Source: Octopus bimaculoides
Taxonomy: Eukaryota
Direction: 5' to 3'
NCBI RefSeq assembly: GCF_001194135.2
Contig: NC_068986.1
Coordinates: 86,560,714 to 86,612,814 of the forward strand
DNA length: 52,101 bases
Within the stretch, counting starts at the first letter, position 1. Each line of letters begins with the position of its first letter. The notes beneath the pieces were generated by a model. The model did no database searches, was not told where the DNA came from, and was given only the letters and a program-made list of their open reading frames with translations. Below are positions 36,401 through 47,496 of the stretch, piece by piece. The position numbers and the translations under genes are program-made.

Positions 36401-37299
36401 TAGGTGGTAGGTTAACTTCATCTGATTTGTTAGGAGACATCCAGACTTATGGTAAGAATGATCATGTACTACGTACCCACGAAACTTTGAGTAATGTTAA
36501 CTAAATCATTGGGAGCCAAGGCATTCTGTTATTAAATACCTATTTCTTCAGCCAAATACATCTATTTTTTTTTTCTCTCATTCACTCATATGTGTGTTTG
36601 TATGTGGGTGTATCTGTAAAGAGTCGGAAGATGTTGCAACATTGCCTACAAGAAACGATCATTAGCTCTATTATAAAATGCATATACTGCTTGTCTATGG
36701 TGATATTGATAATATATGCAACCCTGCTACTGTTGCCGTAGTTAATATTGTTGCTATTGTTGCTAAAAATACTATAACGTCAGCTATGTTGATTTGGACC
36801 GATTTCAATAGCAATGAATAAAATAAATCAGAAAGCATATTTGAAAAGCATTAATGATGAAGATGATAATTGTCATATACGAAACAAAAGAAAGATACAA
36901 AGGATAACATGGATCGGAAACAGAGAAAAAGTGGGGGTGAGAGAATATATAAAGAGATAAATCTCAAAAAACCTAACAGGAATGAAGTGCGAGGAAATTT
37001 TCTAGAAACCTATGACGTTTCTATAGCGATTCTTGTAAGGTGTCTCTTGAATAACGAAGGGATGATTATGTCAATCAGGATACTGATGATAATAACAGCA
37101 GATATAAGACAATGAACAGAACAAAAACGAAAGAATAATGCTGTTTGAGGCAAAGAATTGATTACATGCAGCTGTCACACAACATGACAAAGAAATAACA
37201 GGTAGATGTTCGAACGTTAAATTCTTCCATGGTTGTGGATTCTTTTAAGCAAGTAAGCATCGTGCTGATGTCTTCTTTTCTCTCATCAGCATATTTTGA

Positions 37300-37515
37300 T
37301 CTTCATTCTCTATTCTTTGCTTGTTTCAGTCATATGACTGCGGCCATTGTGGGATTTTTTAGTCGAATAAATCGACCCCAACACGTCTTTTTAAAGCCTG
37401 GATTTTATCGGGTACTTTTGATGAACCGCTAATGTTATGGGAACGAAAACGCACCCGCATCGGTTATCAAGCAGTGCTGAAGGACAAGCACAGAAACAAA
37501 GACAGACACTTGAAT

Positions 37516-37555
<40 letters not shown>
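37300..37555 (-). mobile_element. Family M SINE, 3' half plus (CA)n
   Basis: CTTGTTTCAGTCATATGACTGCGGCCAT...TCGACCCCA...GAACCGCTAATGTTATGGG...GCATCGGTTATCAAGC. Confidence 0.8.
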
Positions 37556-37560
<5 letters not shown>

Positions 37561-38205
37561 TTAAAATCCTTGGATGGAATATATAGATAGTTTAATGCAT
37601 CGCTACGCACGTTTCCTCATATCACATGTTAGCTAAACTCATAGCCCGTATACCCGGGATGATTACACTGCAGTCCGTATTCATCTCAGTACACTAAAAG
37701 CTGGTATCGCTAGTTGGTATTAATAGACTGTAGCCAGTATAATAAAATAGTTTTTATATGTATATTCAAAACGTCGTATACACTCGTATATATGNNNNNN
37801 NNNNNNNNNNNNNNNNNNNNNNNNNNNNNNNNNNNNNNNNNNNNNNNNNNNNNNNNNNNNNNNNNNNNNNNNNNNNNNNNNNNNNNNNNNNNNNNNNNNN
37901 NNNNNNNNNNNNNNNNNNNNNNNNNNNNNNNNNNNNNNNNNNNNNNNNNNNNNNNNNNNNNNNNNNNNNNNNNNNNNNNNNNNNNNNNNNNNNNNNNNNN
38001 NNNNNNNNNNNNNNNNNNNNNNNNNNNNNNNNNNNNNNNNNNNNNNNNNNNNNNNNNNNNNNNNNNNNNNNNNNNNNNNNNNNNNNNNNNNNNNNNNNNN
38101 NNNNNNNNNNNNNNNNNNNNNNNNNNNNNNNNNNNNNNNNNNNNNNNNNNNNNNNNNNNNNNNNNNNNNNNNNNNNNNNNNNNNNNATATATATATGTAT
38201 GTATG

Positions 38206-38368
38206 TATACGACGGACTTCTTTCTATGTCTTTCAACCGAATCCAGCAACAAATGCCTTGGTCAGCATGTGGCTATAATAGAAGGCATTTGACCAATTTA
38301 CCACGCAGTAAGACTGAACCAAGGAACAACTGGTTGGAAAGAAAGTTTCTTACTACTCAGCCATCCCT
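38206..38368 (-). mobile_element. Family M SINE, 5' half (possibly the same copy as 37300-37555 across gap 37795-38186)
   Basis: TATACGACGGACTTCTTTC...GCCTTGGTC...TATAATAGAAGGCATTTGACCAA...ACTGAACCAAGGAAC...TACTCAGCCA. Confidence 0.7.
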
Positions 38369-38469
38369 GTTATCAGATTAGTTATGTGCAAAACGTATCC
38401 TCAAGAATCAAAGGTGTGTATTTGATATTCAATATCAGAATGTCAAAATACTCTATTCTCATAATCCAT

Positions 38470-38668
38470 GATACTCTATAGTTTCGAACAATGGCATCAA
38501 ATTTTGGCACAGGACCATGAATTTTAGCGGAGTGGTAAATTGATAGCATTGATTTCGATACCAAAACGATATGATGGTAAATTTTAGTTGAAATTATAAC
38601 GTAAAGAAGCAGTCGAAGTGCTACTCAGCATTCGGTCCGAATAGCTACCGATTCCGGCACTAGCCTTT
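38470..38668 (-). mobile_element. Degenerate Deu/Nin-family SINE
   Basis: AAATTTTGGCACAGGACC...AATTGATAGCATTGA, ATAACGTAAAGAAG...TACTCAGCATTCGGTCC...TAGCTACCGATTCCG, parallel to 31478-31676. Confidence 0.45.
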
Positions 38669-38699
38669 CTGCTCTAAATTATATGGTAAATATACATAT

Positions 38700-38779
38700 A
38701 CGCACGCATGCACACACACCCACACACACACACATGCGCGTACACACACTCACACAGACCTAACTCACACGCACTTACG

Positions 38780-38860
<81 letters not shown>
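38700..38860. repeat. (CA)n and perfect (TA)n microsatellite
   Basis: Visible; the TA tract is ~40 units. Confidence 0.95.
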
Positions 38861-38864
<4 letters not shown>

Positions 38865-39696
38865 TGTATTTGAACATTATATACATGCATGCGCATACAT
38901 ATATATGCATATATACACACATACATATATTTATTGTGTATGCATTTATTTGTGTGTTCATTTACGTGTGTTTGTATTTATGTGTGTATTTATGTATGTA
39001 GGTATGTATGCGTATATGGGCGTACACATAAGACTTGTGTTGGGTGTCTGTGAAAGCCCGAACATCTATGTTTGTGAATGCATGCATATATATTTATATT
39101 CAAAATAATTATTACATTATTATTTCACTGGGAAATCCCAAATTTGTGTCAATGAAAGAAGATTGCCAAGGGAAAATTTGAATTGGTTGAGCGAGAGAAC
39201 TTTGAATTGGTCTGTGGGGAGACGCAAGAGTGGTACTCGGTGATAAGCCCGGATTAAGCGATGATACTTAATGAGCTCGTTAGCAGAATCGCTTAATAAA
39301 ATTAAAAAAAAAAAAACAAACAAAAATACAAACATTTCTGTAAGCATTAAGCATTCATTTAATAAGATACAACGATTATTAATTATTTGTCCTTAACATA
39401 TTGCTTGTATACTGAGAGAAATGTCTGTCAAATGATGTTTGACTTCTACTGACCCTATGAAGTTTTCATTCAATTTACTTATAACAATACAGAGACGCTT
39501 TGCTATTGCATTCCTCTAGATTTCAATTTATATCACGTGACCAAATTCAAAATGGTCCAAAGGTGACAGGATTCCGCACAGTTTGGATGAGAGTAATTAC
39601 TGATACAAAGAGATTCGGTACAAAAAAACTAGAGTAACATTTTCTAATAAAATTCGCTATAACTAGAACTCCAAGTTTAAGTCTCTATCCAACCGT

Positions 39697-39844
39697 CTGG
39701 CTGAGTGTGAGGAAGATTTCTTTCAAGCCGCATGATATAGGGATCAGTTCCAGTGCCTGACATGCTGGGCGAGTGCCTTCTACTGCAGCCCGGGCTGACC
39801 AAAGATTAAGTGCACAGAAACTATTTTGAAACCCTCCGTGCCTA

Positions 39845-39893
<49 letters not shown>

Positions 39894-40945
39894 NNNNNNN
39901 NNNNNNNNNNNNNNNNNNNNNNNNNNNNNNNNNNNNNNNNNNNNNNNNNNNNNNNNNNNNNNNNNNNNNNNNNNNNNNNNNNNNNNNNNNNNNNNNNNNN
40001 NNNNNNNNNNNNNNNNNNNNNNNNNNNNNNNNNNNNNNNNNNNNNNNNNNNNNNNNNNNNNNNNNNNNNNNNNNNNNNNNNNNNNNNNNNNNNNNNNNNN
40101 NNNNNNNNNNNNNNNNNNNNNNNNNNNNNNNNNNNNNNNNNNNNNNNNNNNNNNNNNNNNNNNNNNNNNNNNNNNNNNNNNNNNNNNNNNNNNNNNNNNN
40201 NNNNNNNNNNNNNNNNNNNNNNNNNNNNNNNNNNNNNNNNNNNNNNNNNNNNNNNNNNNNNNNNNNNNNNNNNNNNNNNNNNNNNNNNNNNNNNNNNNNN
40301 NNNNNNNNNNNNNNNNNNNNNNNNNNNNNNNNNNNNNNNNNNNNNNNNNNNNNNNNNNNNNNNNNNNNNNNNNNNNNNNNNNNNNNNNNNNNNNNNNNNN
40401 NNNNNNNNNNNNNNNNNNNNNNNNNNNNNNNNNNNNNNNNNNNNNNNNNNNNNNNNNNNNNNNNNNNNNNNNNNNNNNNNNNNNNNNNNNNNNNNNNNNN
40501 NNNNNNNNNNNNNNNNNNNNNNNNNNNNNNNNNNNNNNNNNNNNNNNNNNNNNNNNNNNNNNNNNNNNNNNNNNNNNNNNNNNNNNNNNNNNNNNNNNNN
40601 NNNNNNNNNNNNNNNNNNNNNNNNNNNNNNNNNNNNNNNNNNNNNNNNNNNNNNNNNNNNNNNNNNNNNNNNNNNNNNNNNNNNNNNNNNNNNNNNNNNN
40701 NNNNNNNATATATATATATATATATACATACGTGTGTGTATGTTTATATTTGTGTTTGGCTTTGTTTGTGTTTGTGACCCACCAGGGCTTGACAATCAGT
40801 TTTGACTTGTTTACGACCCCAGTATCTTAGCGTTTCGGCAAAACTTCGATAATACTGGGTTTCATTTATTTGGCTAAACCCTTTAATATGGTACTGCAGC
40901 ATGGTAGTAGTCCAATGACTGAAGTAAGTAAAAAATAAAAGAAAC
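39697..40945 (+). mobile_element. Family M SINE spanning gap 39894-40707 inside its internal microsatellite
   Basis: 5' half CTGGCTGAGTGTGAGG...CTGGGCGAGTGCCTTCTACTGCAGCCCGGGCTGACCAAAG then (TA)n; after the gap GCTTGACAATCAG...CTTAGCGTTTCGGCAAAA...GGTACTGCAGCATGG...AATGACTGAAGTAAGTAAAA. Confidence 0.75.
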
Positions 40946-40950
40946 AAACG

Positions 40951-40981
<31 letters not shown>

Positions 40982-41659
40982 GATAAGTCTGTGAATTAGT
41001 GTAATAGAATAAGATAGAAATGTATTTACACGTGTTTCAAAGGTAGAATCGAACGTATATTGCGTAACTTCAAAGTGTTAGGTAATTATTCAGTGTTATT
41101 TCTCCCCAGTTACTTTCCACATGTCAATTACAGATTCATTGCCGTAATGAAATCACCAACGGAAACCAGGGAAAAATGCTTACATTTCTACAGTCGGAAA
41201 ACGCGCCATAATTAATAGGTCAGAATACAGGACGTGATGTTAATTAATGAAGGAAGATAATGGGAGAGACGATGAGCGAGTGAGAGAAGAGGAAGTGGTG
41301 AAGCGATAAGAAAGTGAACTGAAAATATCAGATATAGGTGCCGTTTGGGAATTACTTGTACTCAGACATTCCCACATACAGTGATCACTAGATAAAATAT
41401 ACTCATTGAGTTGCAAGATAAATTCCTATGCTTGCAAACTAAATTGCAGAACATCAGGGACGGAAAAATATTTCCCTTCAAGCAAAAAAAAAAAAAAAAA
41501 AATGATTATAACTTATGATGCAGACAAAATTAATGTAATTTCTAAATATTATACGTAGACAAAATACGCATAAGTTAAAAGAAACAGTTTCTAGAATTTC
41601 TGTATATTTTCAGAAGGAACTGAACAAATTGTATATCTGTCCCTGACAGTTTTTCTGTC

Positions 41660-41842
41660 CCTGATTGTTTTAAAGAGGATCTGTTATCTTCTAAATGTGT
41701 CTTTGGCCGAACCGCTAGTTGACGGGGACACAAACAAACCAGCACTGTATGGCAGGCGGTTGTGGGAGACAAACGCAGTCACAAAGACACACGACGTGGT
41801 TCTTTCAATTTCCGTCTTCGCTATCCACTCACAAGGCTTTGT
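41660..41842 (-). mobile_element. Family M SINE internal fragment with no microsatellite expansion
   Basis: TTGGCCGAACCGCTAGTTGACGGGGACACAAACAAACCAGC...GACACACGACGTGGTTCTTTCAATTTCCGTC...CCACTCACAAGGCTTTG. Confidence 0.75.
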
Positions 41843-41997
41843 GTATATTGATTTTTTTTTTTGGGGGGGGGGGGCTTATATTAAACAAATAACTTGAGCA
41901 TTATGTAGTATTTATGCTGCAAATTCAGATAATAAAGTAGATTTTGATCTTTTGAACTTCGACTTCACAAATTTTCAATTGGCCCCTATTTTAGTGT

Positions 41998-42130
41998 AAA
42001 GGCGGTGAGCCAGTAGAGTTGTTAAGGGATAGGACAACATATAACGCGGTAGTTGTTCCTCCAATATGAATTCAAATTCCGCCATAATCAACTCTGTCTT
42101 TCTTTCGGCGTCGATTCAATAAGTACTGTT
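41998..42130 (+). mobile_element. Deu/Nin-domain SINE, diverged
   Basis: AAAGGCGGTGAGCCAGTAGAGTTGTTAAG...TGAATTCAAATTCCGCC...CTTTCGGCGTCGATTCAATAAGTAC. Confidence 0.65.
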
Positions 42131-42429
42131 TGAAGATAGTATTTTGGTATGAATATGCTCCGACGTTTGAGTTTTTGTCTGATCGATAGACTTAGTATTC
42201 ACCTGTCTTACTACCACCAGCTGGTATCTCTGTGCATTTTCTGGCACAGCTAAAGTATTGAAATAAGATCTTTGCTGTGTGAACATAATTTCTTAATATC
42301 TTCTCCAAAGGATGAAGGATTTAGGGCGCTGTTCTTTAATCACTATGTGAGCGGTAAATATTAAGTAAAGACAAATAGATCGCTACGAATTCGCTTTTGT
42401 TTTATATTGCTTTGATTTTATGTAATAGA

Positions 42430-42453
42430 CTACTACTACCACTACTACTACTG

Positions 42454-42510
<57 letters not shown>

Positions 42511-42531
42511 TTACTACTACTACTACTACTA
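42430..42531. repeat. (CTA)n trinucleotide microsatellite
   Basis: About 33 CTA units. Confidence 0.95.
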
Positions 42532-42744
42532 TTTTGTATGTGTTTGTGTGTGTGTTTGAGAGACGTAAGGAGAGATAGAGGTAAGGAGTGATAGAGGGAG
42601 AGAGAGCGAGAAGGAGAGAGAGCAAGAGGGAGAGAGAGAATTGCCCCAGATAAGCAGATATTCTTAAGTGAATGATAAAGCGAATGATATTGGACGACAA
42701 TATCATGATATTGAATTGGTAATATAAATGATATNNNNNNNNNN

Positions 42745-42802
<58 letters not shown>

Positions 42803-43075
42803 TATGTTAATACATTAGGAATAATCTACAAACGGCTTCTTTTCTTCAACTTTATATCACATTCAAGGCGATTTAACCAATAAAATTCCACCATTGAAAG
42901 TATTTATTTTCTTCTATACTCCTTACAATTAATATCGAATATTCCTTGATATTTCATCACGTAGCAACTGATTGGCAAAACGTATTATCAAAAGCATTCG
43001 AGCTTAAAACATCCTGCTCTTTCCATCAACCATAAGAGTGAACCATATTGATAAGCATTATTGTTCGTTCTTTGC

Positions 43076-43180
43076 GAACTTTCCTACCTTTTCGGACAAA
43101 ACCTTTTGTAAACTTAGTCCTGTCTTTGTCCTTACATGCTTTTAATTGATATTAGCCCTTGTGGCCAATAAAACGATTTA
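43076..43180 (+). mobile_element. 5'-truncated retroposon tail (105 bp) with 19-bp target-site duplication
   Basis: ATTATTGTTCGTTCTTTGC at 43057-43075 and 43181-43199; insert ends TTAGCCCTTGTGGCCAATAAAAC, like the tail of 36001-36219. Confidence 0.75.
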
Positions 43181-43867
43181 ATTATTGTTCGTTCTTTGCT
43201 CAGCCAGGATTCGATTATAATTTCTCGTATTTTAATGTAGCTTGCAATTTCTTAGACCTATTACACAGGAAGAGTTTGCTTTTAGTTGTTGCGTAAGATT
43301 TTCAAAGTACTCTTTGGCGAGTTGGTTAAACCTTCTGAGATATAAGAATTGCTCTCACATCTTTGATCACAAGTGTCTCATTAATGCCCTTTATACATAC
43401 ACGTGGTTTGCGAGAAATAACACACATACACACACACACACATGTATATAACAAGCAAAATAGCAAGTTGCAAAATCTCAAGAAAAGATCAGTGTAGTAA
43501 CTACACTAACAAGTGAAGTTAATCGCCAGATCAAAGCGGCTGTTCCATGTTATTACTAGTTTAATCCTAGACAGATCTTCTGCCAGCTTGTTATCGGTGC
43601 AGCGGTGCACCCTATATATTGCTAGTATGAGGAGCGAACACCTACTATTCACTAGCAGACAACAGAATCGCGAGACTGACTCAGTTTCGAGCTGGTTGAG
43701 TCATACTTAGTCGCGAGTACCTGGTCACCAGCGTGATAGCCATAGTCCGCTCCATCTAGCAATATATTGTAAGCAAAGCGAACATCGGTCACTGATTTGC
43801 AGCAAGCAAAATAGCTAGTATTAAAATCTCAATATACATATAAATGTGTGGGAGAATTTACGAAAAA

Positions 43868-44040
43868 AACAACAGACGAAGACAGGTGGTGTAAACAACA
43901 AATGGATGTATGAGTGTAACGCTCGGGCATAGAGAACGTCTTTGACGTTTCGAGCCTACGCTCTTCAACTGAAAGGAACACAGAAAGAAACAAGGAGAGA
44001 AACAAGGAGAGAAAAAATATAAGCGTAGCGGTCAGCGATC
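43868..44040 (-). mobile_element. Probable Penelope-like element terminal fragment
   Basis: Reverse complement contains TTGAAGAGCGTAGGCTCGAAACGTC, a TGAAGA...CGAAAC pattern typical of PLE 3' ends, and a 13-bp tandem duplication at ~43985-44010. Confidence 0.4.
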
Positions 44041-44092
44041 TATCATATAAATGTGTGTGTGTGTGTGTGTGTGTATGTGTGTGGGTGTGTGG

Positions 44093-44123
<31 letters not shown>

Positions 44124-44164
44124 TGTGTGTGTGTGTATGTGTGTGTGTGGCTGCGTGTGTAATG

Positions 44165-44245
44165 TGGAGGTATATGGCTTAGTGATTGGGTTTTGCAGTC
44201 ACGATTGCGTTGCGTTGTGTTCTTGAGCAAAGCAGTTCCTTTCAG
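44165..44245 (+). mobile_element. Degenerate CORE-like SINE head following (TG)n
   Basis: GGAGGTATATGGCTTAGTG...GCGTTGTGTTCTTGAGCAAAGCA. Confidence 0.45.
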
Positions 44246-44656
44246 TTAATTTTATAATCAGTTCGCTCTCATTCATTCTTTCCCAAACCCTTCCCATTCC
44301 CTTCTTTTCTCTCTTTCTTCTCTCTCATCTATTCATTTATTCAGAACCCATATCTGTCTATTACGATGTCTGTCTTTCTCACTCTATATACCCACGTGGA
44401 CCATTTTCACACTAGCTAATCACTTAATTCTATTCCTTAAGCGTGAACGCAACATTCAAAATACTGCCAAAATACTGCCTGGATTTACCTGGGATTATAC
44501 CTAAAGGCCTATTCCTTCACGGAAGTACGGATCACCCGTCAAATCCTTGGAAGCAGATGAGCTGTGAACTTTATTGTCCAGTCTGTATTCTATCTACCGT
44601 TTCACTCTTTAATCTTCTATCTACTATTTTATTCCCTATAAACTGCGAATGTCTCT

Positions 44657-45367
44657 ATTACTCTCTTACTCTTTTACTTGTTTCAGTCATTTGACTGCGG
44701 CCATGCTGGAGCACCACCTTTTAGTTCAGCATATCGACCCCAGGACTTATTCTTTGTAAGCCTAGTACTTATTCTATCGATCTCTTTTTGCCGAACCGCT
44801 AAGTTACGGGGACGTAAACATACCAGCATCGGTTGTCAAGCGATGGTGGGGGGAGGGACAAACACAGACACACAAACACACACACACACANNNNNNNNNN
44901 NNNNNNNNNNNNNNNNNNNNNNNNNNNNNNNNNNNNNNNNNNNNNNNNNNNNNNNNNNNNNNNNNNNNNNNNNNNNNNNNNNNNNNNNNNNNNNNNNNNN
45001 NNNNNNNNNNNNNNNNNNNNNNNNNNNNNNNNNNNNNNNNNNNNNNNNNNNNNNNNNNNNNNNNNNNNNNNNNNNNNNNNNNNNNNNNNNNNNNNNNNNN
45101 NNNNNNNNNNNNNNNNNNNNNNNNNNNNNNNNNNNNNNNNNNNNNNNNNNNNNNNNNNNNNNNNNNNNNNNNNNNNNNNNNNNNNNNNNNTATATATACA
45201 TGTATACGACGGGCTTCTTTCAGTTTCCGTCTACCAAATTCACTCACAAGGCTTTGGTCGGCAGGCTATAGTAGAAGACACTTGCCCAAGGTGCCACGCA
45301 GTGGGACTGAACCCGGAACCATGTGGTTGGTAAGCAAGCTACTTACCACACAGCCACTCTTGCGCCT
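44657..45367 (-). mobile_element. Family M SINE, young complete copy, gap 44891-45190 inside the internal microsatellite
   Basis: Reverse complement: AGGCGCAAGAGTGGCTGTGTGGTAAG (A box), GGGTTCAGTCCC (B box), CCTTGGGCAAGTGTCTTC (CORE-like), (TA)..N..(TG), CGTCCCCGTAACTTAGCGGTTCGGCAAAAAG, CTGGGGTCGAT, GGTGCTCCAGCATGGCCGCAGTCAAATGACTGAAACAAGTAAAAGAGTAAGAGAGT. Confidence 0.9.
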
Positions 45368-45924
45368 ATCTAGATCTTTCATACATATCCACCTTGTCTC
45401 TGTACGAACAGGCTAGCCTACCGCTTGGGATATCTCAGATACAGCTGTAAGACTTCAAACTCATCTTACCCAAATTAAATATTCTAAATGACTTGAAATA
45501 TCATTCCTGCCTTGGGTTTGTTGCCCATTTTCCACTAAAATAATACACGTGCACGCACACATGATATGCTTGCATGTAGAACGAAATACTTGGTGTGGTT
45601 TAGTGAAATATCTGATTGTGCGTGTGTTTGGGTGCGTGAAGCAATCTGCCTGTTTGCATATGCTTGTATCTTGAGAAGTGATAACAAGCAATATAACTGT
45701 GCATACAGGATTTGTATGAATGAATAGCTTTCATGCAAATTTTTTCATACTATTTAGATATAGGTCTGCAATATTCGGTAACCTCCATGCACGGGCGCAC
45801 ACACAAATATACACACATACACACAAACAAACGCACGCAAACTTCCACGCAGACAGACAAATGGGTTGATAGATACATAGATAGATTCATAGATACATAT
45901 AAATATACATATAAATCATACTTA

Positions 45925-45943
45925 TAAATATGCACACACACAA

Positions 45944-46009
<66 letters not shown>

Positions 46010-46041
46010 ACATATATATATATACATATACACTTATATAT

Positions 46042-46100
<59 letters not shown>

Positions 46101-46841
46101 NNNNNNNNNNNNNNNNNNNNNNNNNNNNNNNNNNNNNNNNNNNNNNNNNNNNNNNNNNNNNNNNNNNNNNNNNNNNNNNNNNNNNNNNNNNNNNNNNNNN
46201 NNNNNNNNNNNNNNNNNNNNNNNNNNNNNNNNNNNNNNNNNNNNNNNNNNNNNNNNNNNATATATATGTATATGTATACATACATATATATATGAATATA
46301 CATACATACGTACATACATATATGTATATATATATATATGCATGCACACACGCGCACACATATTTACACAAGTGTATGCAGGTGTGAATGTGTGCTTTTT
46401 GCGTTTGAATTACGATGATTACACCAATAATATATCCATATATCCAGACAATACGTGAAACTTTCAAAGCAATCGCCATCTTACTGTGACATCATATCCT
46501 TTACAGGCATTTCCTGTTAACCCCAAATCCTGCAAAAAACATAAATAACCCGGGATAATCAGAAGCGCAACTACATTATTATGTTACACGAGTTGTGCTT
46601 GTCTCTTTATGCGTGTTATTAAGTTAGAAGGTCCAGGAATGGGAATATATGCATCGTGTTAACTACCTGCTTTGGTAGATAAATTTGTAAATTTGCATAA
46701 GCTGAAGGTGGTGCGTAAATATATATCTGTAGTTATTTATGGGCATATATTTTTATATCAATATGGACGTGCTTCTAAGGGTTAGACACTTTTTGTAGTG
46801 AGTAATAATTATATATATATATGTATATATGCGTGTATGTG

Positions 46842-46878
<37 letters not shown>

Positions 46879-46938
46879 GCTTCTGGACTCATCATTAGTG
46901 TTTTGTCCTTTAAAACTAGTTATACGATACACACACAA

Positions 46939-46970
<32 letters not shown>

Positions 46971-47036
46971 ACACACACACAATCGCACAAATATATATAT
47001 ATATATGTATATGTGTGTGTATATATATATGTATAC

Positions 47037-47095
<59 letters not shown>

Positions 47096-47150
47096 CATAT
47101 ATATGTATATGTGTGCGTGTGTGTGTATATGTATATATATATGCACACAT
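45925..47150. repeat. Dense (CA)/(TA)/(TG) microsatellite region including gap 46101-46259
   Basis: Multiple visible tracts with short unique spacers; source of many H/T/Y/I/V/C ORFs. Confidence 0.85.
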
Positions 47151-47455
47151 ATCTATGAGTACGTGTTCGTGTGACCGTGTTTGCAACCGCGCAAGTGAGT
47201 GTGCCTGTGTCTGCGTATGTATACATGCACATACACACATAATTGGGCGTTGTATGTATATATTAATGTACATATTTCAAGTATAATATATGACTTCATT
47301 TATGCTACACTAAAAAGGATATACACACATATAACATACATGATATTTGAACGCCTTAAGATAAATATTTTTGTGAAATTAATTAATATTCTGTTTATAT
47401 TTCATGCAGGAAAAATTTATACATTCTATCATCCCAATCTCTCTCACTCTCTATC

Positions 47456-47496
<41 letters not shown>

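Noticed and set aside
43665-43720. Small hairpin with inverted TGACTCA/TGAGTCA
   Set aside because: Only a 7-bp core stem plus a palindromic TCGCGA; within chance.
542-45367. tRNA genes suggested by A/B boxes (e.g. 542, 1765, 45300)
   Set aside because: No complete cloverleaf; each runs into a SINE body, so they are SINE heads.
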